This document shows positions 15,159-22,548 of a stretch of 25,673 nucleotides of DNA, piece after piece. The stretch covers positions 1 through 25,673 of IMG/VR virus record IMGVR_UViG_3300020045_005333; one strand, 5' to 3'. The stretch is from a virus. Taxonomy: Duplodnaviria > Caudoviricetes. Position 1 is the first letter of the stretch, and the number at the start of each line of letters is the position of its first letter. Below the pieces are notes generated by a model, which was not told where the DNA came from, ran no database searches, and saw nothing but the letters and a program-made list of their open reading frames with translations. A program made the position numbers and the translations under genes.

Positions 15159-15219
15159 AGAGTAAGAAGTGTAATAGCTTTCAAAGTTAGCCCTTTGTGC
15201 TTACATTACACTATACTCT
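15159..15219. repeat. 61-nt imperfect inverted repeat (rod-like hairpin)
   Basis: AGAGTA/TACTCT, AGTGTAAT/ATTACACT, AGC/GCT, CAAAG/CTTTG around loop TTAGCC. Confidence 0.75.
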
Positions 15220-15239
15220 ATTTTAAGGTGTTTTTATCT

Positions 15240-15617
15240 TTAAATTAATTCAGGGTTTTCGTGAATGTTGCCGATAACTTCTATTATATCAATCCAATGC
15301 TGTAACCCGGCATAACTCGAACTTCCGTTTTGCTTACCAATAAACCCACAATTTCTAAAAACAACAGTGTATGTTATATCTTTATCCCCTTGATGATAAA
15401 TATCCCCCTCATAAATATCAACTCCATTTTTATCTTTCAAGCCTGTGAATTGGCCTACTGATTCAGGAATTACATCAATTTGGAAATTAGCCGTAGATGT
15501 TTCGCTAATTTTTATAGGAGCATTAATATAAACGCACTCGTTTAATCCGTGGTATAAATCTCCAAAAATCCATTCTCCGTTATCTATACGTTTCCCTCTA
15601 AAATTAATTTCTCTCAT
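15240..15617 (-). CDS. YopX family protein
   Basis: MREINFRGK...W..G, VGQFTGLKDKNGVDIYEGDI, IEVIGNIHENPEL; canonical start at ATG 15617 (in-frame upstream ATG at 15671). Confidence 0.9.
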   Translation of the reverse strand: MREINFRGKRIDNGEWIFGDLYHGLNECVYINAPIKISETSTANFQIDVIPESVGQFTGLKDKNGVDIYEGDIYHQGDKDITYTVVFRNCGFIGKQNGSSSYAGLQHWIDIIEVIGNIHENPELI

Positions 15618-15667
15618 AATATTTAAGTTTTTAGGTAAATCTTCTTTTAAATCCTGCATTGCTGTTT

Positions 15668-15907
15668 TCATAAGTAATTCATTTTAGATTCGTAAATGTG
15701 ATAGGTTATTGTGTGGTGGATTACTTTTCCGAAAGAAAACTCTTTGACTCCAAAATTAAGGATTTCAAGTATTTGCTCTGTTGTATATAATTTACCTTTA
15801 GATCCGTGTTTTCTAGTTTCTGATTTTATACCTAATGTATCTCTACGGTACCGTAATGTTTCAACGGATATATTGTGTATCCTTGAAATATCCTGAAAGG
15901 TCAACAT
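15668..15907 (-). CDS. Small HTH (MerR/Xis-like) DNA-binding protein (79 aa)
   Basis: LTFQDISRIHNISVETLRYR...LYTTEQI pattern. Confidence 0.55.
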   Translation of the reverse strand: MLTFQDISRIHNISVETLRYRRDTLGIKSETRKHGSKGKLYTTEQILEILNFGVKEFSFGKVIHHTITYHIYESKMNYL

Positions 15908-16719
15908 CAGTACTTATCAGCTATATTACGAACCGTTCTACCCAACTCCGCATCGTTTGAAGTACGTTTAATTTCCGATAATGTAATTTTGATGTAGGTT
16001 TCTTCAATAGGTTCTGCCCATTTACCATTATCAAATATTATCCATTTTGAAAAATTCCCTCCAGCCATATCTGCATAAAGTTGATTGGATCCGAAATCAA
16101 AAGTCAAGGCATTAAAATTATATGGTTTTACTAAATTGCGTTTATTACACTCAGCTTTCAACGCTTCAAATACTTCTGATTCTGTGGCGGGTTGTGGATT
16201 GTCATTTTCTTGTATTTTACCAAATTCTGAATCATTATGCCACTTGCCTATAAAATCAAATCCATAAGCGAAAATATAACCGTTTTCAATTTTTGTAATA
16301 CAATATAAAGCACATCCAAAATCAGGATTTTTATACCACTTCCCAATTTCCAAAACATCCTCAACAACAACTCCATTCCTAACCAAAATATCACGTACAT
16401 TTTTATCTTTGCAAAGTTCGGTTATAAGTGATTTTGGAACGGTTACGGTTTCTTCAATATCAATACCACATGCTTTTAAGAATATCTGAGCGTTGAAATT
16501 TTCGTGAATTTCAGGGTTTTCGTCCCAAAAACTCCAAAGCTTCCTATCATCACTTATGTTTGATAATGTATTTTGATAATCAAAATTAATTAAGTACGGA
16601 TATTTTTTAAAACTTGTTACAGATTTTACTAATATTCCATTTATTTTTAATTTATCCTTAATGGTATCGTATTCTTTTTGAGTGCATTTCATTGCAATCT
16701 TTTCAATCTTTGGTTTCAT
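15907..16719 (-). CDS. Hypothetical mosaic protein (270 aa)
   Basis: Long ORF; IAMKCTQKEY, LEIGKWYK and PATESEV modules typical of flavobacterial phage early proteins. Confidence 0.75.
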   Translation of the reverse strand: MKPKIEKIAMKCTQKEYDTIKDKLKINGILVKSVTSFKKYPYLINFDYQNTLSNISDDRKLWSFWDENPEIHENFNAQIFLKACGIDIEETVTVPKSLITELCKDKNVRDILVRNGVVVEDVLEIGKWYKNPDFGCALYCITKIENGYIFAYGFDFIGKWHNDSEFGKIQENDNPQPATESEVFEALKAECNKRNLVKPYNFNALTFDFGSNQLYADMAGGNFSKWIIFDNGKWAEPIEETYIKITLSEIKRTSNDAELGRTVRNIADKY

Positions 16720-16721
16720 AA

Positions 16722-16976
16722 TTATCTGTTTTTTAAAAGTTTAATGAATTCTGATTCTGTTACTTCTTTATAATTAGGACAGTCACTTTTATATGCTAAA
16801 ATAAAAAACTCATTAGTATCGTATGCTAAAGCAAAAACATCATATTCATCATTAAAATTAAATGCTGATGGATGTTCCCAAATCGGCAACCCGTTATCAA
16901 GACAAAGCTGTTTCATTCTGTAACATTGAGATTGCGATTCCATTGGTACGTAAACGTTGTATATTGTGTTTTCCAT
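16722..16976 (-). CDS. Hypothetical protein (84 aa)
   Basis: Packed ORF. Confidence 0.7.
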   Translation of the reverse strand: MENTIYNVYVPMESQSQCYRMKQLCLDNGLPIWEHPSAFNFNDEYDVFALAYDTNEFFILAYKSDCPNYKEVTESEFIKLLKNR

Positions 16977-16978
16977 AA

Positions 16979-17146
16979 TTACAAATATTTAGGTTGGTTA
17001 ACTTTAATGCTTTTAACGTCTTTAAGTTTAGTAATTACAATGCTGAAGAATAGTAATCCTATTGCAAATTGTTTACTATCAAAACTGTAACCTATTCCGA
17101 TTGTAAGGTTATGCAGGTCTTTTGTTATTTCGAATTGTAGTGTCAT
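16979..17146 (-). CDS. Hypothetical hydrophobic 55-aa protein (MTLQFEITKDL...), not in ORF track
   Basis: Fills the gap; stop 2 nt before the next ATG. Confidence 0.6.
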   Translation of the reverse strand: MTLQFEITKDLHNLTIGIGYSFDSKQFAIGLLFFSIVITKLKDVKSIKVNQPKYL

Positions 17147-17273
17147 AATCTTTCTTTATTAGTTCCCGAACGTATGCCGGTAGTGTTTTAAAAATATGTT
17201 TTTGTACTTCAATTAAGGATTTTGCCGGATTATTTGGTAAAACCTTTAGGGCGTAGTATTCTGAAATGTGCAT
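17109..17273 (-). CDS. Hypothetical 54-aa protein (MHISEYYALK...), not in ORF track
   Basis: ATG 2 nt after the previous stop; overlaps the next gene. Confidence 0.55.
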   Translation of the reverse strand: MHISEYYALKVLPNNPAKSLIEVQKHIFKTLPAYVRELIKKDYDTTIRNNKRPA

Positions 17274-17275
17274 GG

Positions 17276-17581
17276 TTAATCGCTTTGTTTTTCTAAAAAT
17301 TTAAAGAAATTAAATATCTGAACTATTGATAAGCATATTCCCATAGCAAGAAATAACCAATGTCTATATCCCCAATGAATAGTTGATTGATGTTCCCCAT
17401 GTTCGTAAAGGCATCCAACATAACGACCATAAGCATCAGGGTCTGAAATAAATACGCTCCCTGTGCATTTCCAATCTCCGAAAAAATCATGTAGATATTC
17501 TGGTATAAAACTCATAAACATTGCTACTGTAAAAAGTATAATAATTCTGCCAGATATTTCTGTAAGTGTTGATATTTTCAT
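17276..17581 (-). CDS. 2-TM membrane protein with Cys/His-rich loop (101 aa)
   Basis: Two hydrophobic helices flanking WKCTG...GCLYEHGEH...HWGYRHW. Confidence 0.7.
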   Translation of the reverse strand: MKISTLTEISGRIIILFTVAMFMSFIPEYLHDFFGDWKCTGSVFISDPDAYGRYVGCLYEHGEHQSTIHWGYRHWLFLAMGICLSIVQIFNFFKFLEKQSD

Positions 17582-17817
17582 TATTTCAGTTTTTTAATTA
17601 AATTCTTAACTCTGGTTAACATTCCGTTTTTGGTAGCGTGCATTACATCACGTAGGTATTCCGCTTCTGATATTGCAAAACGCAATTTTTGCTCCAACTC
17701 ATCAACGTAGTTTATTGTTTCGTCGCTGTGGGATGCCTCATTATAGAATAATTCCTCATTGGTATATTCCTTTACCTCGTCGTAGGTTTCTGTTGGGTCT
17801 GGGTAGTTGTTAAACAT
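17581..17817 (-). CDS. Hypothetical protein (78 aa)
   Basis: Packed, overlapping ORF. Confidence 0.7.
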   Translation of the reverse strand: MFNNYPDPTETYDEVKEYTNEELFYNEASHSDETINYVDELEQKLRFAISEAEYLRDVMHATKNGMLTRVKNLIKKLK

Positions 17818-18130
17818 CGGTTGCTTTTTTAATTAGTTCTTTTAAATCAAAATAATCTTCAATTTGCCAATCATTTGATTTCTCCATTCTGATCAACATT
17901 TCCAACATTTCAGGAGCTAATGAAATTAGTTTTGCGTTGGCGTGCTCTGTTGTTTTACAGCAAGAAGCAACATTGCAATCATCTTCTCTGTCTAAATAAC
18001 CTAATATTAATTCTGTTTTCGATTTATAATCGCTTCCGGGAATTTGAACTGTTATTTTAGTTTGATTTTTAGTACTTATTACTTTATACTCCCACTTCCC
18101 TTTAGTTCCTTTAAATATCTCCATCTTCAT
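17810..18130 (-). CDS. Conserved phage protein of the 'T.G.W...ANA.LI..AP..LE.L' family (106 aa)
   Basis: FKGTKGKW and ANAKLISLAPEMLEML motifs. Confidence 0.75.
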   Translation of the reverse strand: MKMEIFKGTKGKWEYKVISTKNQTKITVQIPGSDYKSKTELILGYLDREDDCNVASCCKTTEHANAKLISLAPEMLEMLIRMEKSNDWQIEDYFDLKELIKKATDV

Positions 18131-18311
18131 TACTTTTTAAAGCCTCATCCGCGCATTTTGATAACGATTCGGATTGTAGGCGGTTAAACAATGCTGCACA
18201 TTCTTTTTTATAATTTCCCAATTCTTTTTGAGGAACTACCCGACTGATTCTCAATACAGCCGTTTTTGTCTTGCCAAATTTAGGTGGCGCACCTACTTTT
18301 TTATTTGTCAT
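18111..18311 (-). CDS. Small basic putative DNA-binding protein (66 aa; start revised to ATG 18311)
   Basis: GAPPKFG...LRISRVVP followed by a helix; ribbon-helix-like. Confidence 0.5.
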   Translation of the reverse strand: MTNKKVGAPPKFGKTKTAVLRISRVVPQKELGNYKKECAALFNRLQSESLSKCADEALKSNEDGDI

Positions 18312-18558
18312 ACTGAATTTTTTTAATGATTGCTTCAATACGTATCAACTCTGAATGAATTACAACAATATCTCCTAATGGTCTAATGCAGTCGTTTAAA
18401 TATTTATCCAATGCTTGAGACATTTTAGGAAAATAAGACTTATCTGTTTTTAGATAATTTTTGTCTGTTTTCTCATTGTAACATTCTAATTCGTAAACCA
18501 AAACGAAATTGTTTTCGTCTGTTTCAATTCTATACTCATTGTCTAATTTTAAAGCCAT
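18301..18558 (-). CDS. Hypothetical protein (85 aa; start revised to ATG 18558)
   Basis: The track's TTG start runs through a promoter; MALKLDNEYRIETDENNFVL has a proper start context. Confidence 0.7.
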   Translation of the reverse strand: MALKLDNEYRIETDENNFVLVYELECYNEKTDKNYLKTDKSYFPKMSQALDKYLNDCIRPLGDIVVIHSELIRIEAIIKKIQYDK

Positions 18559-18586
18559 AATTTCTATTTGTTTAATTATTAAAGGA

Positions 18587-18620
18587 CAAATATATATAAT
18601 TAAAATGTAATACAATACAA
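18587..18620 (-). promoter_or_regulatory. Leftward early promoter (TTG...TATATTTG)
   Basis: CAAATATA at 18587-94 reads TATATTTG on the minus strand; TTG candidates 18 and 23 nt upstream. Confidence 0.7.
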
Positions 18621-18676
18621 TAAAAGTAACTATTTCAACATTCCCAATGTTTATAGGGTTTTGTAGTGTAGGAAAA

Positions 18677-18877
18677 TTACTTTAAAACTTTGAATGATGG
18701 ATATTTTTTAGGAATTCCAAAACCAATCCCGATATAAACTGAATAAAAACCCCAACAAATCCCAATGCCGAATATTTTAACTATAACTCCATTACTCCAA
18801 ACTCCAAACAAAAAAGGCGTAATTGCAAAATCCTCATTATTGGTTCGCGTGTCCTGATAACCTCCTATTATTCTCAT
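18677..18877 (-). CDS. Small hydrophobic aromatic/Gly-rich protein (66 aa)
   Basis: ATGA overlap with the upstream gene. Confidence 0.65.
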   Translation of the reverse strand: MRIIGGYQDTRTNNEDFAITPFLFGVWSNGVIVKIFGIGICWGFYSVYIGIGFGIPKKYPSFKVLK

Positions 18878-19083
18878 TTTATCTCAATTATTAATTCATT
18901 ATTCCCGCTTTTTAAATGGATCGACGGAATACCGTTATCAATCATTAATTTAACGACTGTTTTTAATGCCGGCATGAATCCGTTTCGCATTCTGGTAAGT
19001 ATTCCAATATTACCAATTATTTTGTTTTGCCTACCACCAGCTTTCATTAAAAGTTGGTGGTAGAATTGTTGTGCTTCATTCAT
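18874..19083 (-). CDS. Putative Cro/XRE-like HTH regulator (69 aa)
   Basis: ILTRMRNGFMPALKTVVKLM resembles the XRE 'SR.ENG..P.L.T..KL' pattern; near the divergent promoters. Confidence 0.5.
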   Translation of the reverse strand: MNEAQQFYHQLLMKAGGRQNKIIGNIGILTRMRNGFMPALKTVVKLMIDNGIPSIHLKSGNNELIIEIK

Positions 19084-19084
19084 A

Positions 19085-19351
19085 TTATATATTTTTATTC
19101 ATAATATCCTTTAACTTTTCAGCAAACTTACTTTGTTTAATTTTTTCATCTTCTTTAGATGAATTTAAATCAACCTTAACCTCGTAGGATTTTACAGCAA
19201 TAACCAATATCCATAATATAGAGTACAAGGTTATAAAGATGCCCCAATAAATGCCATCAGCTTTGAAATAATGAAGTAAAAAAGAATAAAGTATTGTACT
19301 CTGAATCGGAAGCCTAATAGGTAGGCTTGTAATAACGAAACGTTTTTTCAT
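19085..19351 (-). CDS. Small membrane protein (88 aa)
   Basis: Two hydrophobic segments and a charged tail; first gene of the leftward operon. Confidence 0.7.
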   Translation of the reverse strand: MKKRFVITSLPIRLPIQSTILYSFLLHYFKADGIYWGIFITLYSILWILVIAVKSYEVKVDLNSSKEDEKIKQSKFAEKLKDIMNKNI

Positions 19352-19376
19352 AATAAGTGTGTTTTAAATTATTTCA

Positions 19377-19424
19377 CAAATATATAAAAATATTTCATAT
19401 ATATCAAAAAAAGTTTTATATTTG
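19377..19424. promoter_or_regulatory. Back-to-back divergent promoters
   Basis: Minus strand: TTTG(19408-05)-N20-TATATTTG(19384-77), full consensus. Plus strand: TTTC(19393-96)-N20-TATATTTG(19417-24). Confidence 0.85.
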
Positions 19425-19447
19425 CCTAACTTTAAATTTTAAATGAG

Positions 19448-19936
19448 ATGGCGAATTACAGAAAGGTTTACAAATCGGATCACTTAGGAGTGGTTGATTT
19501 AGAAGAAATGTTAGAACAAGGTAAAACACTAATTTTTACCATTAAAGAAGTAAAGCAAGAAAATGCAGTTGTAGCTGGAAATAGAGGCGACTTTAATATT
19601 GCTTACTTTGTAGAACTAATTAAACCAATGGTTTTAAATGCTGGTAACGCTGGAATTATTAGAGGTTTTTCTAATGGTAAAAGTACTGATACTGACAATT
19701 GGAAAAATATTCCTATTGAGCTGTATGTTGATTCAAACGTAAAGATGAAAGGTCAAATAGTTGGCGGTATGAGAATAAAACCAATACAACCAAAATTAGA
19801 ACCGAAAGAAAAGCCTTTATTTTTAGAAGCTAATTTTGAAGCTGCTAAAAACGCTAAAGCTACTATTGAAAAAATAAAAGAGCGTTATATATTAACTCCT
19901 GAAATAGAGAAATTATGGATAACTTACAACGTGTAG
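19448..19936 (+). CDS. Putative ssDNA-binding/annealing protein (162 aa)
   Basis: Occupies the recombinase slot before the exonuclease; TIKEV, KPMVLN..N, W....IELY, GMRI motifs; small helical C-terminal domain. Confidence 0.5.
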   Translation: MANYRKVYKSDHLGVVDLEEMLEQGKTLIFTIKEVKQENAVVAGNRGDFNIAYFVELIKPMVLNAGNAGIIRGFSNGKSTDTDNWKNIPIELYVDSNVKMKGQIVGGMRIKPIQPKLEPKEKPLFLEANFEAAKNAKATIEKIKERYILTPEIEKLWITYNV

Positions 19937-20544
19937 ATAGTTGGTATTTAGAAAGAATTGGTAAATTTACAGCGTCCGAGATTCATAAATTAATGGGTAA
20001 ACAAGGGCTTGGGGAAACTGGTAAAACTTATGCAATTGAAAAGGCTATTGAACAAGTTTTTGGAGTTACCGATAGTGATTATATTTCTTATGATATGCAA
20101 AGAGGTATTGACTTAGAACCTTTAGCTTTTGCTAAATTTTCAGAATTAAAATCAATGAATTTCCTCGATGTTTCTGCTTGTGGATTTATAAGCAAAGATG
20201 AAAATAGCGGAAGTAGTCCAGATGGTTTAGTTTCAGATAATGCAGTTTTAGAAATTAAATGCCCTAAAGTTGATGGATTTATGAGGTTGGTAGTTTCAAA
20301 TGAAGTAAATAAAAACTACTTTTATCAAATGCAAAAACAAATGCATGACACGGATACAGATAAAGCATATTTCTTTAATTATTGCATTATCGATGGTATT
20401 GAATATTGGCACGAAATTATAGTTAAGCGTTGCAATGAAACAATAAAATTAATGGACTCAAGGATTACAGAAGCAACGAAAATTAAAAATGAATTTATTA
20501 AAAAATTAAATAAAAATAAACAATGGAAATTACAGGAAAAGTAA
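19915..20544 (+). CDS. YqaJ / lambda-exonuclease family protein
   Basis: W...R.GKFTASE, MQRG..LEP, GSSPDGL, LEIKCP, YQMQKQM. Confidence 0.92.
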   Translation: MDNLQRVDSWYLERIGKFTASEIHKLMGKQGLGETGKTYAIEKAIEQVFGVTDSDYISYDMQRGIDLEPLAFAKFSELKSMNFLDVSACGFISKDENSGSSPDGLVSDNAVLEIKCPKVDGFMRLVVSNEVNKNYFYQMQKQMHDTDTDKAYFFNYCIIDGIEYWHEIIVKRCNETIKLMDSRITEATKIKNEFIKKLNKNKQWKLQEK

Positions 20545-20807
20545 AAGTAGTGAGTGCCGAAATACAAGTAAGCGCGTCTTTCAAAAAACGTGAATTGGTG
20601 GTTACGACGGATGAGCAATATCCACAGTCAATTTTAATAGAGTTTCCACAAGATAAAGCGGATTTATTAAATGATATTCAGGTAGGTCAGGATGTGAAAG
20701 TAAGTATTAATTTAGGTGGGCGCGAGTGGGTTAACCCTCAAGGAGAAACTAAATATTTCAATTCAATAAAAGGTTGGAGAATTGAAAAAGTTGGTGGTGC
20801 ATTCTGA
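20523..20807 (+). CDS. DUF3127 family OB-fold ssDNA-binding protein (94 aa)
   Basis: MEITGKV, FKKRELVVTTDEQYPQ, NLGGREW, YFNSIKGWRIE. Confidence 0.88.
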   Translation: MEITGKVKVVSAEIQVSASFKKRELVVTTDEQYPQSILIEFPQDKADLLNDIQVGQDVKVSINLGGREWVNPQGETKYFNSIKGWRIEKVGGAF

Positions 20808-20847
20808 ATCAATCCTATGTTTTCTTTATTTGTAAAAACTTTTGATT

Positions 20848-20884
20848 TAATCCGAATTTAATTTTTAAGTTCGGATTATTTTTT
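20848..20884 (+). terminator. Intrinsic terminator after recombination genes
   Basis: TAATCCGAATTTAA-TTT-TTAAGTTCGGATTA followed by T6. Confidence 0.8.
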
Positions 20885-20885
20885 G

Positions 20886-20990
20886 TAGGTTTGTGGGGTA
20901 GTATTGTGAGATTTACTATAAACCGAAAATATTATAAAAATCCGATGCGGAAAAGCTAATCTCACTTTAGGCTTGACTGTATCGGATTTT
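20886..20990 (+). promoter_or_regulatory. Promoter (TAGGTTTG) plus kissing-loop-type leader of the helicase/primase operon
   Basis: Hairpin TAGTA-TTGTGAGATT-TACTA (20899-918); 14-bp stem 20937-50/20977-90 whose apex AATCTCAC (20958-65) is the exact complement of GTGAGATT (20906-13). Confidence 0.7.
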
Positions 20991-21000
20991 CACTTTTAAA

Positions 21001-22548
21001 ATGAAAAAAACTCTATACCCTTATCAGCAGGAATTACTTAACGGAATATTTGACAAGCTTAAAACAGTTGATCGTCTATGTGTGCAATTGAGTACCGGAG
21101 GCGGAAAAACTGTAATATTTACAGAATTGGTATCGCAATTAAACGCTAAAACTTTAATACTTGTTGATAGTATAGATTTAGTAAATCAGACAGTTGATAC
21201 ATTTAAAAAACAGGGTTTAGATGTTGGTTGCGTTTTGGCAGGACAAAAGAAATTTCCAGAAAATAAGATCATTGTTGCAATGGTTAAAAGTCTTTGGAAT
21301 AGACGTAATAAAATTCCTAAATTTGATTACTGCGTTATTGATGAATGCCATATTTGGGAATTCAATAAATTATTTGAATATTTACCGGATTGCAAATTGA
21401 TTGGATTTACAGCAACTCCAGTTCGATTAAAACGATATAAGATTAACGAATTACAAACAGCTGTTGAAACTATGTCTGATGTTTACGATGATATAATTTG
21501 TGGGAAACCGATAAGCTGGTTAATGGCAAATGGTTATTTAGTTCCTGAAAAAAATGAACTTATAGAATTTGATACTTCAGGATTAAAAACAGATGCGTCA
21601 GGAGAATTTACGGCAGCAAGTTTGAAAGAAGTATTTCAACACAAAGACTATCTTAAATCATTGAAAAAAACTTTCGATAATCTTTGCGACGGTAAAAAGA
21701 CAATGATTTTTACGAGTTCTACGGAAACAAACGCTATTTATGCGGAACTTTTTAAGGATAAAAACGTTAAGACTTACGACAGCGTAAACAATGAAGCAAA
21801 TGAACGCGATGCCGTTGTAGATTGGTTTAAAAATGAACGCGATGGAGTTTTGATAAATACTGGGTGCTTTACAAAAGGTTTTGATCAGTGCGATGTTGAG
21901 GTTATTTTAATGGCGCGCGCGACTAAATCACTTTCTTTATTTATTCAGATTGCCGGACGCGGTGCGCGTACCACAAAGAAAATAGAAAAACCTTATTTTA
22001 CCTTAATAGATGGCGGAAATAATAACGAGGAACACGGTATTTTTAGTTTTGACAGGGATTGGAATAAAATATTTTTTGACAGGAAAATAAAAAATATTAT
22101 TGAGGAAATGCAATCATGCGAGGAATGTGATTTTATGTTTCTGAAAAAAGAAAAAGTTTGTCCTAATTGCGGTGCAGAAGTTGTTTTTGAAATTGATGAG
22201 GATCAGGAAAAAGATTTAAAACTATTTGAAATTAAAGGTAAAAAAAACAAGATTGAAATACCTACAATTGATTTAAATTATTTTATCAATAAAGGTGCAA
22301 CCAAATATGAAACATTAAAAGTACTGAAGCAAAAGTGGATTACTTTTTTATGTAAGCTCGACATTAAAGAAGATGCTTTTATTTATCATAAAAAAACACA
22401 ATTTGTAGATAAATTTAGCTTACATTTAAGACCCGTTTATTTTAAAATTATAGGTTCTATTTTAAAAGATAGTAAGCACGTAAAATATAATTCAATTACT
22501 GAAAACATTCTTAACGAAACACAATTAAAGAAATATGGAAACAATTAG
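21001..22548 (+). CDS. Superfamily 2 DEAD/DEAH-box helicase (RadD/YejH-like) with Zn finger
   Basis: STGGGKT, DECH, GFTATP, TKGFD, QIAGRGAR, CEEC...CPNC. Confidence 0.93.
   Translation: MKKTLYPYQQELLNGIFDKLKTVDRLCVQLSTGGGKTVIFTELVSQLNAKTLILVDSIDLVNQTVDTFKKQGLDVGCVLAGQKKFPENKIIVAMVKSLWNRRNKIPKFDYCVIDECHIWEFNKLFEYLPDCKLIGFTATPVRLKRYKINELQTAVETMSDVYDDIICGKPISWLMANGYLVPEKNELIEFDTSGLKTDASGEFTAASLKEVFQHKDYLKSLKKTFDNLCDGKKTMIFTSSTETNAIYAELFKDKNVKTYDSVNNEANERDAVVDWFKNERDGVLINTGCFTKGFDQCDVEVILMARATKSLSLFIQIAGRGARTTKKIEKPYFTLIDGGNNNEEHGIFSFDRDWNKIFFDRKIKNIIEEMQSCEECDFMFLKKEKVCPNCGAEVVFEIDEDQEKDLKLFEIKGKKNKIEIPTIDLNYFINKGATKYETLKVLKQKWITFLCKLDIKEDAFIYHKKTQFVDKFSLHLRPVYFKIIGSILKDSKHVKYNSITENILNETQLKKYGNN

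Noticed and set aside
12845-17090. Plus-strand ORFs 12845-13081, 13600-13815, 14946-15248, 15711-15896, 16085-16267, 16872-17090
   Set aside because: Antisense to the packed minus-strand operon; mostly TTG starts.
20379-20618. Minus-strand 79-aa ORF
   Set aside because: Antisense to the exonuclease and SSB genes.
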